Of a stretch of 64,000 nucleotides of DNA, positions 49,962-59,975 are shown in pieces. Origin of the DNA: a virus. The DNA lies in IMG/VR virus record IMGVR_UViG_3300045988_145100, positions 64,001 through 128,000 of that record; one strand, given 5' to 3'. Positions within the stretch are counted from its first letter, which is position 1. Every line of letters begins with the position of its first letter. The notes under the pieces are model-generated. The model was not told the DNA's origin and ran no database searches. It was given only the letters and a program-made list of their open reading frames with translations. Position numbers and translations under genes: made by a program.

Positions 49962-50159
49962 ATGGTATTTGAATACACTTTAGTAAATGGTAATGGAGCA
50001 AGACATACTTTAATTACAGATAAGTTTTTTGAACCAGGTCAGTATGTAAGTCATTTGGGCGAAGTTTGCTATGTTGAAGACTTAGCTGTTGGAACTTCTG
50101 TATCATGTGCAGAAATTCATGAGCAGTCAGCTCTTGATTCAATGATGATTATGTGTTAG
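49962..50159 (+). CDS. Small hypothetical protein
   Basis: Start ATG 49962 after SD aagagaggt. Confidence 0.4.
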   Translation: MVFEYTLVNGNGARHTLITDKFFEPGQYVSHLGEVCYVEDLAVGTSVSCAEIHEQSALDSMMIMC

Positions 50160-50170
50160 GAGGTATAACT

Positions 50171-50392
50171 ATGGAAGACATAGAAGCAAAAAGAATTAGT
50201 GAATATCCTAAGAGACCACCTGAAGATATAGAACAAGGTAAAACTTGTGCAGAACAGACTAACTGTTTAAATTGTCCATGGATATCTGAATGCTATTATG
50301 AAGATTATGATGATGAGGATTATATGGTTTATGGATATTATGATGAAGATGGATTCTATGATGAGGATTATTATGATGGATTTGATGATTAA
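50171..50392 (+). CDS. Small protein with a CxxC pair and an extremely acidic Asp/Glu/Tyr-rich tail; possible DNA mimic
   Basis: SD ttaggaggt; ...CLNCPWISECYYEDYDDEDYMVYGYYDEDGFYDEDYYDGFDD. Confidence 0.4.
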   Translation: MEDIEAKRISEYPKRPPEDIEQGKTCAEQTNCLNCPWISECYYEDYDDEDYMVYGYYDEDGFYDEDYYDGFDD

Positions 50393-50477
50393 AGCTGGGT
50401 AATTTAGCTCAGCTTTATTTCTTTTAAAAAATTTGATATAATATATATATAGAAAATAAGAAAAGAGGTATAGTTTT

Positions 50478-50837
50478 ATGAAAGTATTTATTTATGCAAC
50501 TGAAGGAATGTATCAGGGCTTACATGGCATTGAGGACATGTGCGTAACTGAAATCAATTCTATTGATGAAGGTAATGCTATGGGTAAAGAAATGGCATAT
50601 GACCTTATTACTAATTACGGTCTCGAAGATGAATATGCAATGTCTCAGTCAGATTATGATGAAGAGTCAGGAGAATTTCCAGAGTGGAATGGAGAAGCTG
50701 AAGAGCTATATTGGAATATCTATGAAATTAAAGATGAGTATAAGGATATGGAAACTCGTGAATTAGACAGTATTGTTTGCAATCTTGGACATGAGAGCTT
50801 CATTAAAGAGTATTGCGGAAAGGAGCTTGGTGTATGA
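50478..50837 (+). CDS. Acidic hypothetical protein
   Basis: 119 aa with a high Asp/Glu content. Confidence 0.4.
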   Translation: MKVFIYATEGMYQGLHGIEDMCVTEINSIDEGNAMGKEMAYDLITNYGLEDEYAMSQSDYDEESGEFPEWNGEAEELYWNIYEIKDEYKDMETRELDSIVCNLGHESFIKEYCGKELGV

Positions 50838-51046
50838 GTATGTTCGGAATGGGAGATGCCTTTGATTATATGATTATGCAGAGTGATGATGATGCAAATG
50901 AAATAATGCGTCAATGTAAGCAAGCACTGGAAGCAGGACGAGACCCGCAGCTTTTAATTGAAGAAATAGTAGATAATCAGGCTTATATTAATTTAATGGA
51001 AAATGATAAGGTTAGAATTGTTAATTTGATAAGGAGCTATATGTAG
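50834..51046 (+). CDS. Small hypothetical protein
   Basis: Start ATG 50834 (ATGA overlap) with SD ggaaaggag. Confidence 0.4.
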   Translation: MSMFGMGDAFDYMIMQSDDDANEIMRQCKQALEAGRDPQLLIEEIVDNQAYINLMENDKVRIVNLIRSYM

Positions 51047-51047
51047 T

Positions 51048-53018
51048 ATGGAAAGAATAGATTTATATGAAAAATTAGGTGAGGAAGATATTAAGAAGAT
51101 TTCGGATTATTACCATAGATGGGGTATTCTTGGCATTAATCAGTGGTCAGATGAAATAAATGACTACATTGCCGCGCCAGTAAAAGAAGATATGTATATA
51201 CCTGTAAAAGATTTTCTTGAGAAATGGAGTATTTGTAAAAATACTTTATATAAGTTACTTGGAAATCAGATGATTTATAAAGCTCCATTTACTTATGAAA
51301 AGCCAGAGGATAATGTCTGGAATGAATGTAAAGATTATTTAAGCTCAGTAGATGCTTTACAAATTTTAAAAGGGTGTATCATGGATGGAGGATATTATAT
51401 TCCATCATTTCTTAATTACATCTTTTCAAGAGACGCAATAATTAATAATTTAACTTCATATACTATACTTTTAAGTCCACACCCTGGTAATGTTGATACC
51501 TTAAAGGAAAGAAAGATACCTTCAGGAACGAAAGTGTTCAGAGCTATTGGTAAAATATTAAAATATTGTAATGCGGATAAGTCAACAATTGATTTTTTTG
51601 AGAAGGTCCGTATTAAGATTTCTCTTATCTTAAATGATAAGAATATTACAGGCAATCTTTGTTTCTCAATTCACCCATTAGATTTCATGACTATGAGTGA
51701 TAATAATAGTGATTGGTCCTCTTGTATGTCATGGAAGCGTAGTGGCTGTTATAGAGTAGGTTCATATGAAATGATGAACTCTAATAATGTAATTTGTTGC
51801 TATATTGAAAGTAGCAATAGAATGATGGGATTAAGCTATAATAATGTAGATGCTAAAGAGCATCCATTTTGGAATGATAAAAAATGGAGAAGTTTACTTT
51901 TTGTTAATAAAGATATCATTGTATCAGGTAAATCTTATCCTTATAAGAATGATGATTTTAGTAAAAAGTTACTTGAAGTTGTTCGTGAACTAGCAGAAAA
52001 GAATCTCGGCTGGACTTATAAATTTGGTATTGAACCATATAAAGATATGCTTAATATTAATTCTCTTGATGATTATGCAATTGATAGAGATTTGGAAAAT
52101 AGCAAGGATAGGGATAACTTTATCCCAAAAAAGATTTATTTTACCAATAATGCCATGTATAATGATATGTGTAATGACAATTATTATGGATATTGGTGTC
52201 TCCGTAATCCAATTCATCACACTAGAAAGATTAATATATCTGGACCTGTTGTTTGTATTAGTTGCGGCAAGCCTTTACTTCAGCCTAATGATGATTGTAG
52301 TTATGATGAACCAGAGTGGAATGATAGGTATGAAGATACAGAGAATTTAATCTGTAAAGAATGTGCCAGCACTAAGAAATGTGAACAATGTGGTGATTTT
52401 GTAGGTTCTAAGAATTTATTCACTTTTGATATATCTACCTATGATTCTTGGAATGAAGATTATGACAACGATATGACTATTACTAGATGTAAGAATTGTA
52501 TTAAAGGATACTATATTTGTCCTTGTTGCGGAAAACCTTTTGTTTTAGGTGAGAAGCCTTTTGATATAGAATCAAATATTCTTGCCTTTTATTTAAAAGA
52601 TGATGATGCTAAGAAGTATAAACTTACACAGGAAGAAGCTGAACAGCGAGCATATAATACTAGTTTTTGGAGAGATGAAAAAAAAGTTTCTTATGAATAT
52701 GAAAATCGTTTTAAAGATTTAAAGTATTGTTATGAGAACTTAAAGCCAGAGCATATTAAGGATAATCCAAGAGCTTATGATGTTACAATACCAAAAGGTG
52801 GCAATGCAGAACCTTTATTTATGTGTTCTGCATGTTATCGCTATCTTAAAGCTCATGAGGAAAGAATGTTTATCAAAGGTTATGTATATAGCTATGTTTA
52901 CATGAGCGATATGTTCAATAGTTCTAGAATTACACAGCTTACTTTTGTTAATGATGAGGTAAATGAAAAAGAAGTTGAAAAATATTTCTTTAAGAACTTA
53001 AAAAAATTTGAAGTTTAA
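51048..53018 (+). CDS. Large protein with multiple zinc ribbons, 656 aa, function unknown
   Basis: At least five CxxC pairs (CISCGK...CKECAS...CEQCGD...CKNCIK...CPCCGK...CSACYR). Confidence 0.45.
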   Translation: MERIDLYEKLGEEDIKKISDYYHRWGILGINQWSDEINDYIAAPVKEDMYIPVKDFLEKWSICKNTLYKLLGNQMIYKAPFTYEKPEDNVWNECKDYLSSVDALQILKGCIMDGGYYIPSFLNYIFSRDAIINNLTSYTILLSPHPGNVDTLKERKIPSGTKVFRAIGKILKYCNADKSTIDFFEKVRIKISLILNDKNITGNLCFSIHPLDFMTMSDNNSDWSSCMSWKRSGCYRVGSYEMMNSNNVICCYIESSNRMMGLSYNNVDAKEHPFWNDKKWRSLLFVNKDIIVSGKSYPYKNDDFSKKLLEVVRELAEKNLGWTYKFGIEPYKDMLNINSLDDYAIDRDLENSKDRDNFIPKKIYFTNNAMYNDMCNDNYYGYWCLRNPIHHTRKINISGPVVCISCGKPLLQPNDDCSYDEPEWNDRYEDTENLICKECASTKKCEQCGDFVGSKNLFTFDISTYDSWNEDYDNDMTITRCKNCIKGYYICPCCGKPFVLGEKPFDIESNILAFYLKDDDAKKYKLTQEEAEQRAYNTSFWRDEKKVSYEYENRFKDLKYCYENLKPEHIKDNPRAYDVTIPKGGNAEPLFMCSACYRYLKAHEERMFIKGYVYSYVYMSDMFNSSRITQLTFVNDEVNEKEVEKYFFKNLKKFEV

Positions 53019-53163
53019 AAAAATTTATGGTATAATATATATGTAAGAAAGATAGAAAGCTTCTTTCTTACATATATAGAACTTTTAAGAATAATTGATT
53101 TCTTAAAAATTTTATGATATAATATATATGTAATAAAGATAAAGATAAGAAAAAAAGGAGATA

Positions 53164-53595
53164 ATGATTATGGCAGAGACAGTTAAGATTACAAAGACAA
53201 TGGTTCTTGAGACAATTAAGGCTAATATTGGAAATATGATTTTTGATGGTGATGTTCAGGATTCTGATGTGATTGGATATGTTGACAGCGCAATTGCTCA
53301 GCTTGAAGCTAAGAAGGAAAGAGCTAGAGAGAAGGCAGCAGAAAAGGCGGCTGAGGGAGATGCCCTTAGAGAAGTTGTAAAGAATATTTTAACAGAGAAG
53401 CTTCAGACAAGAGATGAAATTTTTGAACAGATTCCAGATTCAACAGGTGAACTTACAGTAGCTAAGGTTGGTGCTAGACTTTCACAGCTTGTTCAGATAG
53501 GTGAAGCTCGTAAAGAGCAGGTAAAGCGTGATACTCGTAGAGTTATGGGATATGCACTTGCAGCTGAAGCGTCTGAAGAGACTGACGCAGAGTAA
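53164..53595 (+). CDS. Hypothetical acidic coiled-coil protein
   Basis: 143-aa ORF downstream of two tandem consensus promoters. Confidence 0.4.
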   Translation: MIMAETVKITKTMVLETIKANIGNMIFDGDVQDSDVIGYVDSAIAQLEAKKERAREKAAEKAAEGDALREVVKNILTEKLQTRDEIFEQIPDSTGELTVAKVGARLSQLVQIGEARKEQVKRDTRRVMGYALAAEASEETDAE

Positions 53596-53669
53596 TATAA
53601 TATTTTAGTTCTGAGGGAAGGAAGCAGAAATGTTTTCTTCCCTATTTTAGCTTAAAGGAGATGTAATAG

Positions 53670-54545
53670 ATGAATTATGCTATAAATTGGTTTAAAGGTT
53701 TTGCATATGAAGATGAAGTGCAAGAAGTTATTATTAGATATGACCCTTATGAATATGACGCCCTTGTAAGTTCTCCTTCTATACTTATAGATTTTGTAAA
53801 AAGTAAAAGAGAGGATTTAAGAATTGTTGTAGATATAGCGAATATAAGTATTTCAAGTTTTAATACAACAGTGGATATCTTTAAAACATGCTATAAGATA
53901 CACTCTAATATAGCTTTTATGATATCAAGAATAACTAATGGTATTCATCCGGATATGAGAATAATGAAGAAAAATAAACTTCCTTTCTTTTATCACGAAA
54001 AAGTAAATACAATAGATACACTAAATCAGTACATATCTGAAGGCGTTACAGATGTATATATAACTGATGAACTTGCTTTTTCTCTATCTGATATTAGATA
54101 TAATATATGCAAGAATAAAGTTAAAATTAGAGTATTCCCTAATGTTGCACAGAGTAGTGTTAACCGCGCGGATAGTATTAAATCAATTACTAAATTTTTC
54201 ATTAGACCAGAGGATGTTAAGTATTATGAAGATTGTGTTGATGTTATGGAGTTTTTTGGTCCCGTGGATAAACAGAATACTTTATATAAGATATATAAAG
54301 AACAGAAATGGAAAGGTCCTCTAAATTTAATTATCAGTGGCTACAATCCTGAGGACAATATAGAAATAAACTCTTCAATCATACCTACTTTTGGACAGGT
54401 TAGAAAAAATTGCCATAAAAAATGTGGATATACTTCTTCAGGATGTCAGATATGCATTGCCGCAGAACATGTTGCAAGGTCACTTGCGGAAAAGGGATTA
54501 GAATATAAAGAAAAAAGAAAAGAGGATATAGATGACAAAAAATAG
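53670..54545 (+). CDS. Hypothetical protein
   Basis: 291-aa ORF with SD aaaggagat. Confidence 0.45.
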   Translation: MNYAINWFKGFAYEDEVQEVIIRYDPYEYDALVSSPSILIDFVKSKREDLRIVVDIANISISSFNTTVDIFKTCYKIHSNIAFMISRITNGIHPDMRIMKKNKLPFFYHEKVNTIDTLNQYISEGVTDVYITDELAFSLSDIRYNICKNKVKIRVFPNVAQSSVNRADSIKSITKFFIRPEDVKYYEDCVDVMEFFGPVDKQNTLYKIYKEQKWKGPLNLIISGYNPEDNIEINSSIIPTFGQVRKNCHKKCGYTSSGCQICIAAEHVARSLAEKGLEYKEKRKEDIDDKK

Positions 54546-55530
54546 GCTAGAATGGGCATATAACAAATATATAGAAATAGAAAAGAATAAAGATGATTTT
54601 AAAATTAAGACTTTTGTAGACTTACTCTGCTTAAAAGAATATGAATTGCATGATTTACTTGTTGTTTTTTTAAAAGGGTATAAATATAAGGTGGTAGAAA
54701 CAGAGAATTATATATATGCTAAAACTAATAATCCTAAGAGAAGTCATATTGGATTATTAGCACATTTAGATACTGTTTTTGAATTGCCGCCAACAAGAGA
54801 AAGTATGTTTTATGATAGAAGTAAGTCAACAATTATAGGAACTTGCGGTTTAGGTGCAGATGATAGAGCAGGTGTTTATAGTATCATCAGTATCTTGCAG
54901 GCAGGTCTTTTACCTGCAGTTATTATCTTTACACATGATGAAGAGTATGGCGGAAGTGGGGCATCTGCATTTATAGAAGATTATCCAAAAGCAGATAAAG
55001 ATTGTGATTATCTTATTCAATTAGATAGAAGAGGAGAAAAAGATTCCGTCTTTTACAGCTGTGATAATAAATTATTTGAAGAGTATGTTAATTCATTTGG
55101 TTGGGAGACTGATACAGGAACCTTTTCAGATATAAGTACAATAGCTCCAGTATGGGGCATTGCCGCAGTTAATCTTTCTGTTGGGTATTTTGATGAACAT
55201 ATGGACATGGAAAGAATTAATCTAAATTTTTTATCGGACTCTATTGAAAGAGTTAAGACTATGCTGGAAGATAATCAGAGGCTTCGCAGACATGAAGCTT
55301 ATGAATATATTCCAAAGGAATATGAAAAGTTTAATCCAAACAATTATAAAAGTAATTCATATGTTCCAAAACCATTAAAAATGGAAGATGTAACAGAATG
55401 TTACTATTGTGGTCGTATCTTTAAAGCGGGTGATAATAGATATTGGATTGAAGGAATGAATCATGTCTATATGCTTTGCGGAAATTGTAAAATCAAACAT
55501 CATCCGAAATCAACACGCTCATATTTGTAA
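54532..55530 (+). CDS. M20/M42-family metallopeptidase-like protein with a C-terminal zinc ribbon
   Basis: Metal-ligand motifs LLAHLDTV and GLGADDRAGV are characteristic of the M20/M28/M42 clan; C-terminus CYYCGR...CGNCK. Confidence 0.45.
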   Translation: MTKNRLEWAYNKYIEIEKNKDDFKIKTFVDLLCLKEYELHDLLVVFLKGYKYKVVETENYIYAKTNNPKRSHIGLLAHLDTVFELPPTRESMFYDRSKSTIIGTCGLGADDRAGVYSIISILQAGLLPAVIIFTHDEEYGGSGASAFIEDYPKADKDCDYLIQLDRRGEKDSVFYSCDNKLFEEYVNSFGWETDTGTFSDISTIAPVWGIAAVNLSVGYFDEHMDMERINLNFLSDSIERVKTMLEDNQRLRRHEAYEYIPKEYEKFNPNNYKSNSYVPKPLKMEDVTECYYCGRIFKAGDNRYWIEGMNHVYMLCGNCKIKHHPKSTRSYL

Positions 55531-55593
55531 TTGATTTTTATAAAATTTTATGATATAATATATATGTAATAAAGATAAGGAGATAAAAAAGAT

Positions 55594-55911
55594 ATGGCTA
55601 AAGGTGCAAGTAGCAAGGCATATATTGAAGAGAAGTTGTTATCAACTTTCGATAATTCTTTTAGATATGGCAAGGAGATAAGAATTCCTTTAATTGAAGA
55701 TGGTTCTGAAGTACAGATTAAAGTAACTTTAACTTGTGCAAAGACTAATGTTGAGCCAGGAGAAGATACTGCTATTCCAGGCGCAGCAGTTAATATCTCA
55801 GGAGTTCAGACTTCAGCTTTTCCAACAGTAGGAGAACAGAAAATTGAAGCAACAGAAGCGGAAAAAGAAGCAGTTAAAAAGCTCGCTGCAGAGTTACATT
55901 TAGATTTTTAA
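55594..55911 (+). CDS. Hypothetical protein
   Basis: 105-aa ORF with SD aaggagat and its own promoter copy. Confidence 0.45.
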   Translation: MAKGASSKAYIEEKLLSTFDNSFRYGKEIRIPLIEDGSEVQIKVTLTCAKTNVEPGEDTAIPGAAVNISGVQTSAFPTVGEQKIEATEAEKEAVKKLAAELHLDF

Positions 55912-55928
55912 TTTAAGGAGGTGCGGGA

Positions 55929-56213
55929 ATGTTATATCGTTTAGAAGAATGGCAAGGTGCGAGTGGTGTTTGGTACTGTGAGCATACTAGTAGTTTCCCT
56001 GCTAATGTAGAAAAATGGGTGATTCCCGCACGAGTACTTAATATGTCAGTAGATGATTTTCTAAGAATGTTAATAAAAGATTTTAAACCAGATATTGTAA
56101 CTATTAAGAATGATGGTTCTTTTGTTTCATGGGGTTGGAAATCTTTAACCGCAATGAGAAAATATAAGAACTGGATGAATGCGAAATCAAGAGCAGTAAA
56201 TTTTCAGATATGA
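55929..56213 (+). CDS. Hypothetical protein
   Basis: 94-aa ORF with SD aaggaggtg. Confidence 0.4.
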   Translation: MLYRLEEWQGASGVWYCEHTSSFPANVEKWVIPARVLNMSVDDFLRMLIKDFKPDIVTIKNDGSFVSWGWKSLTAMRKYKNWMNAKSRAVNFQI

Positions 56214-56881
56214 AGAGGTGTTACTTAATGTATAGTGGTATGCGTTTGCATGAATATAATATAATGAGATATATAACAAGTCTTGGTTATACTGTTATAT
56301 CTCGAGAGAAAGTAGATTTAGACAGAAGGAAAGTAATTCTTGCATTAGACCAGAATGATTTTGGTCAAAAGAATGATTGTACTCTTGTTAGTGCAACAGC
56401 TTTAATTAAAGAGGTTGCGCAAATAAGGCATCTTTCTACAGAAGGACTTTACTCAATAATCGAGGAAATTGCGGAAAAGTACTATAATTATGATGGAAAG
56501 TTAAAAGGTACTAATCCTCTTGTGATATCTGCATTATTACAGAGGTCTTTAGAAAAGTTTACGCCAAATACGCAGTATAAAGCTAAAAGTAAATTTTTAA
56601 AAAGTGTTCCAATTATAGGTTTTAATTTTGAAAAGATTAAAAGTTATATCAAGAATATGCAGTATCCAATGATTTTAAATCTTCTTACAGATGGTCGAAA
56701 TTATTATAAAGACCATTCTGTTTTAATAGTAGGCGTAGAGACTTTTAAAGTTAAGAATAATAAAACTGGGAAGAAGAAAGATTTAAAATTTTTAAGAGTT
56801 TATGATAATTGGAATACTTCTGTTTCATATATTAATTATGAACTTTTGGGTGTTTCATCAATTAACTATTTTGATATTTAA
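56210..56881 (+). CDS. Hypothetical protein
   Basis: 223-aa ORF with an ATGA overlap. Confidence 0.45.
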   Translation: MKRCYLMYSGMRLHEYNIMRYITSLGYTVISREKVDLDRRKVILALDQNDFGQKNDCTLVSATALIKEVAQIRHLSTEGLYSIIEEIAEKYYNYDGKLKGTNPLVISALLQRSLEKFTPNTQYKAKSKFLKSVPIIGFNFEKIKSYIKNMQYPMILNLLTDGRNYYKDHSVLIVGVETFKVKNNKTGKKKDLKFLRVYDNWNTSVSYINYELLGVSSINYFDI

Positions 56882-56999
56882 TTGATATTTATAAAAATTT
56901 ATGTTATAATATTTATATAATAAATAAGACACAAACAGCAATTTTTTAGCTTATAAGAAAGCACTACTCTGTTAAAGTAGATAACTGTGTCTTGTGTTT

Positions 57000-57073
57000 G
57001 GTCCTTTAGCTCAGCTGGTTAGAGCGCTCGTCTCATAAGCGAATGGTCCTGGGTTCGAGTCCCAGAAGGTCCA
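57000..57073 (+). tRNA. tRNA with anticodon CAT (Met / fMet / Ile-lysidine class)
   Basis: Hand-folded cloverleaf: acceptor ggtcctt/aaggtcc (one T-T mismatch), D-arm gctc-agctggtta-gagc, anticodon loop ctCATaa, T-arm ctggg-ttcgagt-cccag. Confidence 0.6.
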
Positions 57074-57582
57074 TTTAAGAATTTATCAGTTCTTAATGCG
57101 TGCATACAGTATTAGATATGTTGACTTGCTTATCAAATAGTTATAAGTCGTGAGTTACTGCGTTAAAGATGACAAGTTGTATGATAATAGTTTTCTTAAA
57201 GCTTTTATTAGGGCGGCAACCTGCCGATAACAAATAGCCATTTTTTAAAAATTTTTGGACAAAGTAATTTAAGTATTATAAAATATTTTTTATATAAAAT
57301 ACAAACTTGAAAAATATAAAAAAATATGATATAATATTTATATAAAGAAAAGAGGTAAGTTACTACCCATGCTTCTCCTCTATAAAAAAGAAGGTATGCA
57401 GGGTGAGGTTGACGGAGAGCGACTAAGGCTGCGGTTTACCCAAGAGAATAAAATCTCCTACTAGCGAAATCTAGTTAAAACTACCAAATTACTCATAGTC
57501 GTATAACAGTAATTTGATTTTTATAAAAATTTATGTTATAATATTTATATAAGATAAAGAAAAAAATATTTTTCCTCTCTCA

Positions 57583-57653
57583 TTCAAAGGTAGGATGCAC
57601 GCCTGTTAAGCGTAGAATCTGGGTTCGAATCCCAGGGGAGGAGCTTCCAGTTG
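57583..57653 (+). tRNA. tRNA-Asn (GTT)
   Basis: Acceptor tcctctc/gggagga, anticodon stem (c)acgc/gcgt(a) with loop ctGTTaa, T-arm ctggg-ttcgaat-cccag. Confidence 0.55.
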
Positions 57654-57915
57654 CGGAACTGGTTAAATAAAACCGAGTAGTCAGTTGTCAGTAACCTTGT
57701 TAAAACTGTCAATGTTCATATCCGAAGAGATTTCAGTGTTCGGTAGAGGTTATGAATGAAGAATGTAGTGAGTTCGATTCTTGCTTGTCCGCCGTAGTTG
57801 GACACATGGTGGCATTTGAAGTATTCCTTGTTGGTTGATTAAATGAAACATGTTGCCGCATGTGGATTAAAATACCAAAATACCTTGACTATAATGACGG
57901 CAATCATTATAGAAA

Positions 57916-57989
57916 TGCTTGTTAGTTTAAATTAATTGGAAAAACACTCCGGGAAGGGGAGATGTTGGGTTCGAATCCCACACAAGTGA
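57916..57989 (+). pseudogene. Degenerate tRNA-like element: canonical T-arm but aberrant D and anticodon arms
   Basis: ttggg-ttcgaat-cccac T-arm and a pairable acceptor, but a 13-nt D-loop, a 4-bp anticodon stem and loop gggaagg with purines at positions 32/33. Confidence 0.25.
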
Positions 57990-58264
57990 TTTTGTCAAAG
58001 CAAAGACATTAAAACTCGCTGATTATTAGGTGTGAATAATAGTCGTTGGCTACATGCGTAAGAAAAATAGTTCGAGAGAGCTATCGGAGCCGTAGAGGAG
58101 AAAGATATCGGCATATGGATAACACACTCCTAGATGCGAGAAATCAAATTAAAGGAAGATGGTATATGCAGCTAATAGAGAGAGTAAAGAGCGCTAGCTT
58201 GTAGCGAAACAACCTGCCAAAAGTAAGTTTATTGGTTTATCTTACATTGGTGAAAAACCTTTTA

Positions 58265-58335
58265 ATTTTATAATCTGGTTTAGTTTAATGGTAGAACCCT
58301 GGCTTTGTAACCCAGTAACGAGAGTTCGACTCTCT
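58265..58335 (+). tRNA. tRNA-Thr (TGT)
   Basis: Acceptor tctggtt/aaccaga, D-arm gttt-aatggta-gaac, anticodon stem ctggc/cccag (C31-C39 mismatch) with loop ttTGTaa, T-arm gagag-ttcgact-ctctc. Confidence 0.55.
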
Positions 58336-58373
58336 CAACCAGAATTAGTACTTTAGTACTAGAAAGGAATGTT

Positions 58374-58652
58374 ATGAAAATATGGCTTGATGATTTAAGA
58401 AAAGCACCTTGCGGATATGTGTGGTGTCATTCAGTTAATGAGACTATATTATTTATTGAGAAGAATAAAAGTGATATAGAATTAATTGATTTAGACCATG
58501 ATTTAGGTGATTTCGCTAAAGATGGCGGCGATGCTATTTATTTAATGGATTATTTAATAGAAAAGAAGTTATTCTATAAGCTAAATTTTCATACTGCAAA
58601 TCCAGTAGGCTTAGCAAATATGTTAAGATTGTATGATAGATACTGGGTATAA
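58374..58652 (+). CDS. Small hypothetical protein embedded in the tRNA array
   Basis: 92-aa ORF (MKIWLDDLRKAPCGYVWCH...) with SD aaaggaatgtt, lying between tRNA-Thr and tRNA-Ala. Confidence 0.4.
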   Translation: MKIWLDDLRKAPCGYVWCHSVNETILFIEKNKSDIELIDLDHDLGDFAKDGGDAIYLMDYLIEKKLFYKLNFHTANPVGLANMLRLYDRYWV

Positions 58653-58725
58653 GGGGCTGTAGCTCAGTTGGGAGAGCATTCGTTTTGCAAGCGAAAGGTC
58701 GTGGGTTCGAACCCCACTAGCTCCA
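58653..58725 (+). tRNA. tRNA-Ala (TGC)
   Basis: Acceptor ggggctg/tagctcc (two G-U pairs), D-arm gctc-agttggga-gagc, anticodon stem ttcgt/gcgaa with loop ttTGCaa, T-arm gtggg-ttcgaac-cccac. Confidence 0.6.
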
Positions 58726-58735
58726 TTAATCATAT

Positions 58736-58764
58736 TTGATTTTTATAAAAAAATATGATATAAT
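58736..58764 (+). promoter_or_regulatory. Consensus promoter copy inside the tRNA array
   Basis: ttgatt-N17-TGa-tataat. Confidence 0.6.
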
Positions 58765-58929
58765 ATTTATATAAGATATGAAAAAAGAAAAAATGTGAAA
58801 AAGATTTTGTAGTAGCATTAAAAATGACAATATACTAATCAGAAAATCTTTATGCGGAAACGCTCTGTAATTAGTATTTCAAGTTTAAATTAGATTGTTT
58901 GGCGTTAACAATAAAATAAAACGCCACTT

Positions 58930-59010
58930 GCGGGATTGGTGAAATTGGCAAACACATACGATTTAAGCTCGTACGCTTTAAGCTTGTGAGTTCGAGTCTC
59001 ACATCCCGCA
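58930..59010 (+). tRNA. tRNA-Leu (TAA), type II
   Basis: Acceptor gcgggat/atcccgc, TG-gtg-aaattggcaaa-cac D-arm as in bacterial tRNA-Leu, anticodon stem tacga/tcgta with loop ttTAAgc, 12-nt variable arm, T-arm gtgag-ttcgagt-ctcac. Confidence 0.65.
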
Positions 59011-59135
59011 CTAACCTAAGAAATTAAATTGTGGTATAAAGACATGATAACTAAGTCTTGTAAGAGATTATTTTATCTTTTATAAAAGTTTTCTTCTCTA
59101 CTAGTGAGTAACAAGCTTTTGAAGTTATCTTATAT

Positions 59136-59205
59136 GTATCATTCGTATAATGGTTTGTACGCTGGGTATTCCCTAGAAGAGTGAGTTCGAATCTTACATG
59201 ATACT
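59136..59205 (+). pseudogene. tRNA-like pseudogene with a 5-nt anticodon loop
   Basis: Perfect acceptor gtatcat/atgatac, normal D-arm and T-arm (gtgag-ttcgaat-cttac), but an anticodon arm ctggg-tattc-cctag. Total length 70 nt. Confidence 0.35.
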
Positions 59206-59313
59206 TTTTAGGCACTAACAGCGAATTTGATGATTCTAACAAACAAAAATATTTGTATGTAAAATGCTAAAGGCTTTATATCCTTTAATTAATCAATAGT
59301 GTCTAGTTTTTCT

Positions 59314-59385
59314 TGAGAGATAATATAATGGTTAGTATGCCTCTCTGATACGGAGGTCATCCGAGTTCAACTCTCGGTCTCTCAA
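59314..59385 (+). tRNA. tRNA-Ile (GAT)
   Basis: Acceptor tgagaga/tctctca, anticodon stem cctct/ggagg with loop ctGATac, T-arm ccgag-ttcaact-ctcgg. Confidence 0.6.
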
Positions 59386-59586
59386 TTTAACACTAGTCTG
59401 AATGGCGTGTCGCGGCGATAGGTCAGACGAAGATTATAGGAAAGTCTCCTGGCACATAATGAGATACTGCCTATATCAGACAGAAGCGAACTGTCTTTAA
59501 ATCAAATGATTAACTCTTACAGCAAAATATGTAGACAACACTATTTTTAAATAGTTTTCATAATACATACCCGAGTTTAGAAATAT

Positions 59587-59615
59587 TTGATTTTTATAAA
59601 AAAATATGTTATAAT
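59587..59615 (+). promoter_or_regulatory. Consensus promoter copy inside the tRNA array
   Basis: ttgatt-N17-TGt-tataat. Confidence 0.6.
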
Positions 59616-59765
59616 ATTTATATAAGATATGGGTTTATAAGTGGCTAGTAACTTCCGTCTAACTTACCCAGACATAGAGTTACCTTTTATCAAGAAAGTA
59701 AATCTTGGTCGTGCGACTACGAGAAGTTACTCTTTGCCAACTAGAGTATAATATAAGTTGGATTT

Positions 59766-59839
59766 GGCTTCTTCTTCTAATCGGTTTAGGAATCTAGGTT
59801 CTCATCCTAGGAATGTCAGTTCGAATCTGGCAGAAGTCA
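59766..59839 (+). tRNA. tRNA with anticodon CTC (Glu by the genetic code); identity is tentative
   Basis: Acceptor ggcttct/agaagtc, anticodon stem ctagg/cctag (perfect) with loop ttCTCat, T-arm gtcag-ttcgaat-ctggc. Confidence 0.45.
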
Positions 59840-59903
59840 TTCAGATGCGAAGTTTTGATAAGTTACCTCTTTTCTATATGCTAGGATTTTCTCCTAGCAG
59901 CTT

Positions 59904-59975
59904 GGCTCTTTCGTCTAGCGGTTAGGACAGCGCCCTTTCACGGCGCAGACCCGAGTTCGAATCTCGGAAGAGTCA
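59904..59975 (+). tRNA. tRNA-Glu (TTC)
   Basis: Acceptor ggctctt/aagagtc, D-arm gtct-agcggtta-ggac, anticodon stem gcgcc/ggcgc with loop ctTTCac, T-arm ccgag-ttcgaat-ctcgg. Matches the classic bacterial tRNA-Glu pattern. Confidence 0.65.

Noticed and set aside
57760-57800. T-loop-like motif gtgag-ttcgatt-cttgc near 57771
   Set aside because: No acceptor or D-arm partner could be found upstream on either strand. Probably a fragment, not a gene.
59640-59760. Long-range inverted repeat (ctagtaacttcc ... gaagttactc) that might be a tRNA intron or ribozyme
   Set aside because: No hammerhead or twister core motifs and no split tRNA halves could be identified. Left as an unexplained structured stretch.
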